This document shows positions 16,340 to 26,200 of a DNA stretch of 32,000 bases, piece after piece (within the stretch, counting starts at the first letter, position 1; every line of letters starts with the position of its first letter). The DNA comes from Vibrio vulnificus CMCP6. GTDB taxonomy: Bacteria; Pseudomonadota; Gammaproteobacteria; Enterobacterales; Vibrionaceae. The position numbers and the translations under genes are program-made. The notes beneath the pieces are model-generated. The model searched no databases and was not told the origin of the DNA. It saw only the letters and a list, made by a program, of their open reading frames with translations. The DNA lies in contig NC_004460.2 of the NCBI RefSeq assembly GCF_000039765.1, positions 120,001-152,000 of the forward strand, read 5' to 3'.

Positions 16340-18544
16340 ATGATTATATTAAGAGCGATGTTGGCCTCTGTACTCAGTATTTTACTGATTGCTTGTGGAC
16401 CAGAAAGTGGTAACGATCAAAATACGCCGCCGCCCCAGCTTGGGAAAGACTTTACGGTCAGAGTGGCTACCCCTCAACTCGTGGTACCTGATGGGGCTAG
16501 TGAAACCAAGCTTGTGGTTGATTTTGAAGTGTTTGATGCATCAGGCCGCGCCTATGAATTCGATGCGACGAAAGATTTTCGTATCGCGGTGCTTAAAGCA
16601 ATGCCTCAAAGAAGCGGCGGTGGGCGAGATGGCAATACGTTTTGGAAGAGCTTCCACCATTCTAGTAATGACGCAACCAATCGAGCGAGCATGGAAAATG
16701 TTTGGACAGCGGGGGGAGAGTTGCTCAAAACAGATAGTGGCTACACTTATACCTTTGCGATTGCAGACATTCTGAATGTTGCCGACCCTTACCCCACTGA
16801 CTCAGCAGATAATGGTGGCATGATCGCGTGGGATGAAGACAAGTTGCATCGTATTGTGATGGCGTATGGTGACCAAGAGCTAGGATTTACCTATGTGTAC
16901 CAGTGGATTCCTGGAACACCATCCGATCAAACGGTTTCTCGCAATGTCATTGAAGAAGAGACTTGCTCTAACTGCCATATGGGTGAACCACTACATCATG
17001 GTCCTGGGTATCGTTCCATTGATAACAACATCGCGGTTTGTACGTCTTGCCACAATGACAGTAATCCCGGTGCCGCCCCACGTCGTCGACCACTGGCCGC
17101 CATCGTGCATCAGTATCACGGAAATGTGTATGCCCTCGGCTCAAGTTCAAGCGATCCGACAACCTACAAACAGCCAGTCGATAGCAATGGTGTTTTGGTT
17201 ACGGACATCAATGGATTGGTGATGGAAGGCAATCCATTTCCACAAGACGCGCGTAACTGCACGACTTGTCACTCGCAAGATGTGACAAAAGCGTCAGATG
17301 CGAACAACTGGTTTGAACATCCTAGCCAAGTGGCGTGTGAGTCTTGTCATTTGTACAGAGACAGAGGCGCACACGACAATGAAGTCGGTTTTACCTGGGA
17401 TAGAGAAACCTGCACAGGTTGCCATCGCCCTTATGAGCGAGATGAAAACGGTGACCCAATTATTGGTATGGATGCCAGCCGAAGCGCTCGCACTGTGCAT
17501 CTAGGCCGTTTGGATAACTTAGCGGCAGCACGGGATACGTTGCTTGTCAGTATTAAGCAGGCGCGCTTTGTGGATTCCATGTTTGAAGTTGATGTCATCA
17601 TTCAGAAAGATGGCGTTGGCATTAGCGCGCTTAGTGAAATCACGCCATTTATTAACGAGCATGGTCATGTCAACTTACTGCTCAATTGGGATAACGGTGA
17701 AGGCCCAATGCTGGCAAATAACGGTTTGGATCTCTCTACCTGTACCGCACAAGGCAATGGCTTGTTCACTTGCCAGAAAGACTTCACTGGCGCGACGCTT
17801 TTGCCAACTGCAACGTCGACGTTGACGGTGAATGTGGCCGATATGCCGCTGTGTGCCGACCGAACAACAGGTGAGTTGGCGGATTGCTCGACATTCACTG
17901 GCATTGATAATTTGAAATACCCTTATGTGATTGCTGCTAAGAACGCAAAAGGAACGTTTGATGTGGGCGGTATCACAACACCGCATACCTTACCTGTTGG
18001 TGCAGAGGTAACGTCTTGCAACAATTGTCACAAAGAGCTCACCATTCACAAATTGGGTGCTCATCCACACGCAGCAACGGATTTGCAGCAGTGTAAAAAT
18101 TGCCACAATTCAGAGCGCTCTGCGTACTACGCAGGCATGGCCGCGGATCTCAAATATCATGTTCATTCATTCCATGCCTTCGGCTCTGCGCATGTAGGTG
18201 AATCTGTCTTCCCTGGTGCGATTAACAACTGCGAAGCGTGCCATGGTTCAGGACAATACAACTTACCAAGCCAGAAAAATACACGACCTTCGCTGGCCAG
18301 TGGAAAATACTTCAGCCCCGCATTAGTAGCGTGTGGAGCGTGTCATATTGAATCGCCTTTGGCCAATGCCGATCCTGATACGATTCCTGGTGATGCCGTG
18401 CTCGATCATATGATCAAAAACGGGGCCGTGTTTGCCGCGGATACCGCTGTGGAAGCAACGGGTAAAGAACAGTGCGCAACGTGTCACGCCATTGGTCAGG
18501 AGCAAGGCGTAGATAAAGTCCATAAAGTGTACGAATACCGTTAA
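16340..18544 (+). CDS. mtrC: OmcA/MtrC-family decahaem surface lipoprotein
   Basis: Start MIILRAMLASVLSILLIACGPESG at 16340 with lipobox LLIAC; ten CxxCH motifs (CSNCH, CTSCH, CTTCH, CESCH, CTGCH, CNNCH, CKNCH, CEACH, CGACH, CATCH); followed by mtrA and mtrB. ORF is open from 16103 but the signal sequence starts at 16340. Confidence 0.92.
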   Translation: MIILRAMLASVLSILLIACGPESGNDQNTPPPQLGKDFTVRVATPQLVVPDGASETKLVVDFEVFDASGRAYEFDATKDFRIAVLKAMPQRSGGGRDGNTFWKSFHHSSNDATNRASMENVWTAGGELLKTDSGYTYTFAIADILNVADPYPTDSADNGGMIAWDEDKLHRIVMAYGDQELGFTYVYQWIPGTPSDQTVSRNVIEEETCSNCHMGEPLHHGPGYRSIDNNIAVCTSCHNDSNPGAAPRRRPLAAIVHQYHGNVYALGSSSSDPTTYKQPVDSNGVLVTDINGLVMEGNPFPQDARNCTTCHSQDVTKASDANNWFEHPSQVACESCHLYRDRGAHDNEVGFTWDRETCTGCHRPYERDENGDPIIGMDASRSARTVHLGRLDNLAAARDTLLVSIKQARFVDSMFEVDVIIQKDGVGISALSEITPFINEHGHVNLLLNWDNGEGPMLANNGLDLSTCTAQGNGLFTCQKDFTGATLLPTATSTLTVNVADMPLCADRTTGELADCSTFTGIDNLKYPYVIAAKNAKGTFDVGGITTPHTLPVGAEVTSCNNCHKELTIHKLGAHPHAATDLQQCKNCHNSERSAYYAGMAADLKYHVHSFHAFGSAHVGESVFPGAINNCEACHGSGQYNLPSQKNTRPSLASGKYFSPALVACGACHIESPLANADPDTIPGDAVLDHMIKNGAVFAADTAVEATGKEQCATCHAIGQEQGVDKVHKVYEYR

Positions 18545-18597
18545 CTGAGTGGTCCGGGAGAGCCTTCCGGACCACGGTTGAGCAATAGGAAAATCTT

Positions 18598-19569
18598 ATG
18601 AAAACAACGATTCAGTGGTGGTTCGTGACGATAGTGATGGCGCTTGGTCTCTCTTCAAATTTGAGCGCCGAAGAGAGCTCTACGCAGCCTGTGGTCGATT
18701 CTCGTGAAGCGATTGAAGCAATATTGGATCAGAAGTTTAGTGACGGAAAGTATTCACGACGTGGCCCTGATGGCTGTTTACGCTGCCATGATGACGATTC
18801 AGAGTTACCCGCAACGGGAATTTTCGACAATATTCATGGTAAGTCGGCCAATATTCATGGGCCAATGAGCGACAAACAGTGTGAAGCGTGCCATGGCCCG
18901 GCAAACAATCATGAACGTAACCCTCGCAAAGGTGAAATGCGTGAACCCATGATTACCTTTGGCCCTATGTCTCCAGTGCCGTCAGAAAAGCAAAACAGTG
19001 TGTGCTTATCTTGTCATACCGACTCGAGTCGCTCAGCGTGGCACAGTAGCGAACATGCCTTTGAGGATCTCTCTTGTTCGAGTTGCCATAAATTGCATGA
19101 GAAAGACGACCCTATGATGGTGGCCGAAAAACAAGTGGAAACCTGTACTAACTGCCATGCAAAAACAAAGTCTGATCTGCATAAACGCAGTAGTCATCCG
19201 ATTCTCAACGGTTCGCTGGAGTGTTCGAGTTGTCATGATCCCCATCAAACCGTCAATGAGTACAGCTTGAAGCAAACCACCATTAATGAAACCTGTTTGG
19301 ATTGCCACTCAGAAAAACGTGGCCCATTCTTGTGGGAGCATGAACCCGTCACAGAAGACTGTTCTAACTGCCACAATCCACACGGGGCGGTCAATCAGGC
19401 GTTATTGATTAAACGGCTTCCGCAACTTTGTCAGGATTGCCATAGCGTGCCGCACGCTAATGTTGAGATACCGGAAAATGATCTCAAGGTGAGGGGAGGC
19501 AGTTGTTTGAACTGCCACAATCAAGTGCACGGAACCAATCATCCGCGCGGCATGTCATTAAGAAACTAG
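18598..19569 (+). CDS. mtrA: Decahaem periplasmic cytochrome, MtrA/DmsE family
   Basis: 323 aa; signal peptide; ten CxxCH motifs (CLRCH, CEACH, CLSCH, CSSCH, CTNCH, CSSCH, CLDCH, CSNCH, CQDCH, CLNCH); MtrA-type spacing and neighbours; RBS AGGA upstream. Confidence 0.95.
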   Translation: MKTTIQWWFVTIVMALGLSSNLSAEESSTQPVVDSREAIEAILDQKFSDGKYSRRGPDGCLRCHDDDSELPATGIFDNIHGKSANIHGPMSDKQCEACHGPANNHERNPRKGEMREPMITFGPMSPVPSEKQNSVCLSCHTDSSRSAWHSSEHAFEDLSCSSCHKLHEKDDPMMVAEKQVETCTNCHAKTKSDLHKRSSHPILNGSLECSSCHDPHQTVNEYSLKQTTINETCLDCHSEKRGPFLWEHEPVTEDCSNCHNPHGAVNQALLIKRLPQLCQDCHSVPHANVEIPENDLKVRGGSCLNCHNQVHGTNHPRGMSLRN

Positions 19570-19579
19570 GGAGGGTGTC

Positions 19580-21562
19580 ATGAACGTATCACCTTTGTGG
19601 GCCGCCATTGTTGCCGCTCTCGCTATTCCCGCGCTCGCTGATGACTACGCCTTACAACAGGCGAGTGAGGCAGACACCAGTCGCTGGAGTTGTGAACCGT
19701 GTGAAAGTGACGGCAAGTGGATTGGGGAAATCAGTTTTGGGCTGGGATACCAAAACAACGACGGCGCATCTCGGTTTAATAACTGGGTCCCACCAATTTG
19801 GAGTTCCAATGATCCCGGAAAAGGCGTGGGTAGCAGCTTCAACACCGATCTATCGAGATACGACGAAGATGGGTTTTACAGCAAGCTGAAAATTGAAGAT
19901 CTAGGGTTAAAACGGTTTTTAATGCAACTCGATGTGGGCCAGTATGATGGCCTACGCTTCCAAGGGCGTTATCGAGAATCGCCATACTATTGGAATGGAG
20001 CATTACTCAGCACCTACAGTGGCGAAAACAACGTACAGACGGCGGGTGAGTTAGCCACTTTTGAGAAAGGTGTGAAAAGAGAAACACTGAATCTCTCGCT
20101 TGCGCTCACGCCACATTCTCCTTGGAAACCGCATGTCGCCGTTCAACATGAAAGAAAAAAAGGCACAGTGACGGCTTATACCTCCTCAATACCTGCCTAT
20201 GGCAATGTACCGGGATATCTTCCGAAGGTGGTGGACTATGAAACACTGAATACCGCTGCGGGGCTTAGCTACATTGAAGAGAAGTGGAATGCGGACATTT
20301 CTTATCAAGGCGCATTCTTTCGTCAGAAATACAGCGCCCTTTACTACGGTGAGCAAGCGAATCCGTATGCCAATCAACTGGCGTATGAGCCGGAAAACGA
20401 TTTTCATCAATTGTCACTTTCGGGAAATTACCAGCTAGAAGAGCAAAGTCTTAACGGACGCCTGCTTTTGTCACGTGCTACCTCAGAGGGGGGCATGAAT
20501 CCATTTCCTCAGTCTCCGGTCACAACGGATAGTTTCCACGGGCGAGTGGATACGGTTCAGATCGATGCGAACTATCACAATCGTTTGAGTCGTTCTACCT
20601 CGCTTAAGCTAGGGTTAGATTATCGTGATCGCGATGATCGCTCCGATCGCCAAGTGGTGATTGGTCAAACGCGTAAAGAATACGATAGGAATGTATTTAA
20701 GTTTGACGCGAAGTTGGGCCATCGTTATTCCCGCTCGTTACGCTTGAATGCGGGCTATGAGTATCGGGCAGACAAGCGCCAATACGCAGTGCGTGAAGAA
20801 ACCAATGAGCATACCTTCTATCTAGGTACCGTGTATCGCCCTGAAGCCGATTGGCGAATGGGCGGAAAACTCTCGTATCAAACACGTGATGGTTCCAAAT
20901 GGACGCAAACCTCTGCTGATGCCCCCCATCTACGTCAATTTTACCTCGCAGATCGTGAGCGTTTGGAACTGCGTGGCGATGCCAGTTACGATCTTGCCGA
21001 TAACGCACAATTTACCGCTATCGCGTGGTTGGCTGATGATCGGTATCCGCAACCTGATATCGGTCGCAGTGAAGGGCAGGATTACGGCTATGATCTCGGC
21101 GTCAGCTTTTATCTTGAAGATGACACCACGGGTCATCTCTTTTTCAATCAACAATTTATTCGCTTTGAACAGCAGCACGCCAACAGCGCAGCACCGGGTT
21201 GGAATCGCTACGAAACAGAGACAAAAGACAGTGTGACCACAGTGGGATTTGGTTTTAAACGGCAGAACTTGTTAGAGAAAAAACTCAGCTTGTCGTTGGA
21301 CTATAGCTACAACCATGGTCGTGGACAAACCAACACCATAGGAGCAGGCTACAGCTATCCAGATGTAGACTCGGTGACGCATCGCCTCGAATTTATAAGT
21401 GATTATCGCGTGGCGGAAAACCAAAGTGTGCTATTAAATCTGCGTTTTGAAGACTTCAATGAGGCGGATTATCTGTTCGATGCGGAAACGGCCAATATGG
21501 GGCGCGTTGAACAAGATTATAATGGCTTCTTCGCGATGCTTTCATGGGAGTTTCGTCACTAA
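19580..21562 (+). CDS. mtrB: MtrB/PioB-family outer-membrane beta-barrel of the decahaem conduit
   Basis: 660 aa; signal peptide ALAIPALADDYA; N-terminal CxxC (WSCEPCESDGKW); repeated amphipathic beta-strands; C-terminal strand FFAMLSWEFRH; 10 bp after mtrA. Confidence 0.93.
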   Translation: MNVSPLWAAIVAALAIPALADDYALQQASEADTSRWSCEPCESDGKWIGEISFGLGYQNNDGASRFNNWVPPIWSSNDPGKGVGSSFNTDLSRYDEDGFYSKLKIEDLGLKRFLMQLDVGQYDGLRFQGRYRESPYYWNGALLSTYSGENNVQTAGELATFEKGVKRETLNLSLALTPHSPWKPHVAVQHERKKGTVTAYTSSIPAYGNVPGYLPKVVDYETLNTAAGLSYIEEKWNADISYQGAFFRQKYSALYYGEQANPYANQLAYEPENDFHQLSLSGNYQLEEQSLNGRLLLSRATSEGGMNPFPQSPVTTDSFHGRVDTVQIDANYHNRLSRSTSLKLGLDYRDRDDRSDRQVVIGQTRKEYDRNVFKFDAKLGHRYSRSLRLNAGYEYRADKRQYAVREETNEHTFYLGTVYRPEADWRMGGKLSYQTRDGSKWTQTSADAPHLRQFYLADRERLELRGDASYDLADNAQFTAIAWLADDRYPQPDIGRSEGQDYGYDLGVSFYLEDDTTGHLFFNQQFIRFEQQHANSAAPGWNRYETETKDSVTTVGFGFKRQNLLEKKLSLSLDYSYNHGRGQTNTIGAGYSYPDVDSVTHRLEFISDYRVAENQSVLLNLRFEDFNEADYLFDAETANMGRVEQDYNGFFAMLSWEFRH

Positions 21563-21632
21563 GTTGTACGCGAGTGGCTTGTGGACTTTGTGCCTGGTCG
21601 AAGGAGGAGAGGTGCTAGAGCTTAAGGGAGTT

Positions 21633-21663
21633 GAGTGTCGGTGAGTCAAGATCACCGACACTC
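21633..21663. terminator. Strong hairpin between convergent mtrB and dbpA (no U-tract)
   Basis: Perfect 12-bp stem GAGTGTCGGTGA/TCACCGACACTC with 7-nt loop. Confidence 0.45.
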
Positions 21664-21684
21664 GCTATGAACGGAAACGCGTTT

Positions 21685-23064
21685 TTAACCTTTCATAATT
21701 CGGGCTTTAAAGTTACGCCCTTTCATTTTGCCGTTTTGCAGTTGCTGTTCGGCGATTTTGGCCACAGAGTTATCGATAGCAACATAAGAGACCATAGGTA
21801 AGATATTGATTTTACCAATCAACTTACCATCAATTCCGGCTTCTTTGGTTAGGCTGCCTAAGATATCGCCAGCACGGACTTTTTGCTTTTTGCCACCCAA
21901 AATTTGAATCGTACGCATTGAAGGGTAGTAAGGTTTAGGGTTTTCCGGTTGAGGCAGTTTGGCCGGATGCACATCAATACCCATGTATTCTTCAATACGC
22001 TCTACTCGATACAGCTCTTTCTCACTGAAGAAGCTGATCGCAATCCCTTTCGCACCCGCGCGGCCAGTACGACCAATGCGGTGAACATGCACTTCAGGGT
22101 CACGAGAAAGCTCAAAGTTAATCACGGCGTCTAGGTTGTCCACGTCTAAACCACGAGCGGCAACATCGGTTGCGACCAAAATAGAAATGCTTTTGTTGGC
22201 AAACATGGTTAACGCGCGTTCACGTTCACGCTGTTCCATGTCACCGTGCAGTTCGATAACGCTGAAGCGACGATGGTTCAGCTCGTCGGTGACGTTTTGC
22301 ACTTCTTTCTTGGTATTACAAAAGACCACGGTAGATTCAGGTCTGTGCGTAAGCAGCAGAGCTTCCAAAGCGTTGTCACGTTCTTCTGTGTTCTCGAGCT
22401 GATAAAAGCGTTGTTCGATGGTGCTCTTTTGGTGTGTAGACTCGACTTTCACCATTTCCGGATTCTGCATCACTTTGCTTGCGATGGTTTCAATCTGCTC
22501 TGGGAAGGTCGCACTGAAAAGTAACGTCTGGCGTTGAGTCGGTGCGACGTCAATGATGGCATCAATCGCATCTTGGAAGCCCATTTCCAACATTCTGTCG
22601 GCTTCATCAAGCACTAACGTATTCAGTTCTGCAAGATCAATACGGCCTTTGCTTAAGTGATCGAGAATGCGCCCCGGTGTGCCAACTAAGATGTGTGCAC
22701 CATGTTCCAACGAAAGAATTTGTGGCCCCATAGGCATGCCACCACACAAAGTCAGCACTTTAATGTTGTGAATGCCACGAGCCAAAGTACGAATTTCCGT
22801 TGCGACTTGATCCGCCAATTCACGTGTAGGGCAAAGAACAAGCGATTGAACGCGAAAGCGCGAGACATTCAGGTTGCTCAGCAGACCCAAAGCGAAGGTG
22901 GCGGTTTTCCCTGACCCTGTTTTTCCTTGACCAATTACATCCTTTCCATCGAGCACCAATGGTAGGCTCTGAGCTTGAATTGGCGTCATCTCTGTATAGC
23001 CCAATGTATCAAGAGTCGATAGCAGTTCAGGCTTGAGAGAAAGAGTGTTAAATGGTGCAGTCAC
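21685..23064 (-). CDS. dbpA: ATP-dependent RNA helicase DbpA (DEAD box)
   Basis: 459 aa; GQGKTGSGKT, PTRELADQ, VLDEADRMLEMGF, LLFSATFP, ATDVAARGLD, HRIGRTGR; C-terminal DbpA RNA-binding region RTIQILGGKKQKVRAGDILGSLTKEAGIDGKLIGKINI. Confidence 0.95.
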   Translation of the reverse strand: MTAPFNTLSLKPELLSTLDTLGYTEMTPIQAQSLPLVLDGKDVIGQGKTGSGKTATFALGLLSNLNVSRFRVQSLVLCPTRELADQVATEIRTLARGIHNIKVLTLCGGMPMGPQILSLEHGAHILVGTPGRILDHLSKGRIDLAELNTLVLDEADRMLEMGFQDAIDAIIDVAPTQRQTLLFSATFPEQIETIASKVMQNPEMVKVESTHQKSTIEQRFYQLENTEERDNALEALLLTHRPESTVVFCNTKKEVQNVTDELNHRRFSVIELHGDMEQRERERALTMFANKSISILVATDVAARGLDVDNLDAVINFELSRDPEVHVHRIGRTGRAGAKGIAISFFSEKELYRVERIEEYMGIDVHPAKLPQPENPKPYYPSMRTIQILGGKKQKVRAGDILGSLTKEAGIDGKLIGKINILPMVSYVAIDNSVAKIAEQQLQNGKMKGRNFKARIMKG

Positions 23065-23268
23065 AGGCGCAATCCTTAAGTGGAAAATAGGTTGGGGCGG
23101 GTACTATACCGAGTTTAAAAAAAATGAACATAGAAAAGTCATTTTCGCCATCAATCTCTCACTCATCAGTTAATGTGTGATTGCTCATTAATTGTTGTGA
23201 GAATATTCCTACAAAAATATATCTTGTTGATATCGTTATAAAAAGTAAAATTTATCATCACTGTTTAA

Positions 23269-26200
23269 ATGTTGTGCGCTTGTCAATCAATCGCTACACT
23301 TCCCCACCTTATAATCATCACTAGAGAGAGTTGTTGCTTGTTGTTACGAATCGCCGCGATCGCTTTGCTTAGTTTGCTCACATCATTGACCTCTGCGGCT
23401 AATTATCTATCAGATGCAGACCGCGATTACCTTTCAGCCCATCCGGTGCTGAATGTCGGCATTCTAAACAATAGTTGGTTACCATATTGGGGAGGGCTAG
23501 AGCTCGCGCCTCAAGGTATTCACCACGACTACGCAATGAGCTTTGCCAGAGAGCTAGGCATACAGATCCGCTACCAAGGCTACGACAGTATTCGCGAGAT
23601 GCTGCTTGGGTTAAAAAACGAAGAAGTGGATATGGTGATTGGCTTTGGCAAAACGCCGTCTCGCGCAAATGATTTCCTGTTTTCATTGCCGCTGTACAAA
23701 AATGTGCGCGTGATTTGGTTACGCGACAAAGCCCTTGAGCTTGAACCGCTCGAATCCCTCAAATGGGTCTGCGTTGAAAAAACCTCTTATTGTGAAGTGC
23801 TGGCCGAGCGGGGTTATCACAACGTTATCACCGCACGCAATTATCAGGCCGCTACGCAAATGATCTTGCAAGGGTTAGCCGATGCCACTATCAGCAACTA
23901 TGTCTCGCTTAGCCATTTCTTGAGCGAAAAAGAGGTCAGCCAGGGCAAGGTGTTGTTTGACAAGTCACTGGGTACCCAAATTAATCGTGTGTTGTTTAAC
24001 AAAGAGCAGCGCAAACTGAAGTCCATTATCGACAAAGTGATTCTGGCAGAACAAAGAGGCTTAACACGCAGTCGAATTCATTCAAAAGACATCTATTTTT
24101 TGAATGATCAAGCCAGCCTTCGTTTGCTGTTTGACGAAGGGCGAGAGCAAGTGATTCGTTATACGATCGAAGAAGAAACCTTTCCACTTTCCTATCGCGA
24201 TCAAGATGGAAAAGTGAAAGGCTATGTGCACGATATTCTGGATCGTATCAGCATGCGCAGCGTACTCGAATTTGAGTATGTGCCAGCGGAAGGGCGCGAT
24301 GTGCTGCAAATGTTGGAAGATGGTGTTGTTGACCTTCTGCCTGCTCGTAACTACCAAGGCGTGGACCAGCGCGACTTTCTCGTCACCGAGCCCTATGCCA
24401 ATATCACTTTTGATATGGTGGAAAGTACCGCTGACTATCAAGAGCGTAATCTGGCAATTCTTGATCGCACGGGCAACTACTACTCCTATCTGGATGTGAA
24501 TCGAGACTATCGAAATGTGCGTGTGTTCCGTGAGTTAGAAGAACTCTTACCGCAATTGGAATCGGGCAAAGTGAGTCACGCGTTGATGAATCAGGATCTG
24601 ATTCATCAACTATTGATTGACGATCATCGCGATCACTTTAAGCCACTGGCGGACTCGTTAGAGACCGAATTCGTCGTTAAATTAGCAATGGTGGTTCGTA
24701 AAGACGATCCCATGTTTCATGACATGCTAAACACTGCGCTGAAGACATTCTCCGTAAAGGAGATCGATTCTATTCAGTCTGCCTACCGCAAAGTAATGCT
24801 TCATTTTGGCTATGACAAGCAGCAGGTCATCATCTACTCGTTGATCGCTTTGTGTCTGGCGTTGCTGATCGTTTTGCTGTTTTCTCTTTGGTCGACACGC
24901 TTGAAAGACTCGTTGCGTCAGAGTGAAAAAGTGGTTGAGTTGTCTCAACATCAAATCAGTTGGTTAACCAAGTTGCTCGATACCATCCCTAGCATGATTT
25001 CCATTTCGGACTCAAAAGGACGTTTGGTGCTTTCAAACCAAGCTTATCAAGCGAGTTTTCGTCAATGTCGAGAGAATGGCTGTGTCGATCTAGAGAGCGC
25101 CTGTTCGTTTCTTCATTTATCTGAGCGAGAGCAAGCTGAATTTGAAGAGATCATTCAAGTGCCGGCCAGCGAATGTGGTCTGGGGGAGCGTTTTTACCAT
25201 GTGACGCGCAAAGCCATCCTCCATGACCAGATGGAAATGACTCACTATCTCACGCTGTTTAGCGATATTTCAGACTTGAAGCAAACCGAGCTGGCGCTGC
25301 GAGAATCCAACCGCGCGGCGTTGCAAGCCGTTGAAGCACGCAATCAGTTTTTAGCGGTGGTGAGCCATGAATTAAGAACCCCGATTGCTGCCATGTTGGG
25401 GCTGATGGAGATTCTGTCTCATCGCCTTTCAAACAGTGAAAGTCAGCAATTGCTTGATAACGCCATCCGTTCGGCTGAGCGTCTGAGTTTGCATGTGAAC
25501 GACATTCTCGATTTCTCAAAAATTGAGGCAAGCCAGTTGCAGCTAGACATTCAAGAGTATCGAATTATCGAAGAGCTGGGCCCTGTGTTACGAAGTTTTG
25601 AAGCAAGCGCGCAGCTAAAGGGATTACAGTTTAACGTTCATTGGCAACCCACGGCGTATATTGACGCGCAGTACGATGCGTTGAGAGTGAACCAAATTGT
25701 CAGCAACTTGCTTTCTAATGCGGTGAAATTCACCGAAGTCGGGCAGATAAAGGTGGAGATTGCTTGCGACGAAAATGCGCTATCGATTGAGATTGTAGAC
25801 ACTGGCTGCGGTATGACTGAGGCTCAACTCGATTGTGTCTTCCAGCCGTTTGTTCAAGCCGATACCAGCATTACTCGCCGCTTTGGGGGGACTGGCCTTG
25901 GGATGTCTATCGTCAAAAGTTTGCTGGATTTGATGGGAGGCACCATCGCATTCTATAGCGAGCTAGAGCAAGGAACCAAGGTGTCGGTCTGGATCCCGGT
26001 TAAAGGCCGCGCTTATGCGAGTGAGATTGAAGTGGCGCACTACCTCGGCGCAAGTGACCTCGTCATGGCTTGGTTCGAAAAATGGGGTACGCGAGGGAAT
26101 GCTGTGCACGGTTTGCCAAAGTTTGTCGATTGGTCATTATCGCCCATGGATAACCTCTATCCGGATTTATTACTCAAACAGTGGCTTGCTCAGGAGTCTG

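Noticed and set aside
16389-18523. Cluster of 60-130 aa ORFs over mtrC on both strands
   Set aside because: All lie inside the decahaem coding frame, which has ten CxxCH motifs; no independent evidence.
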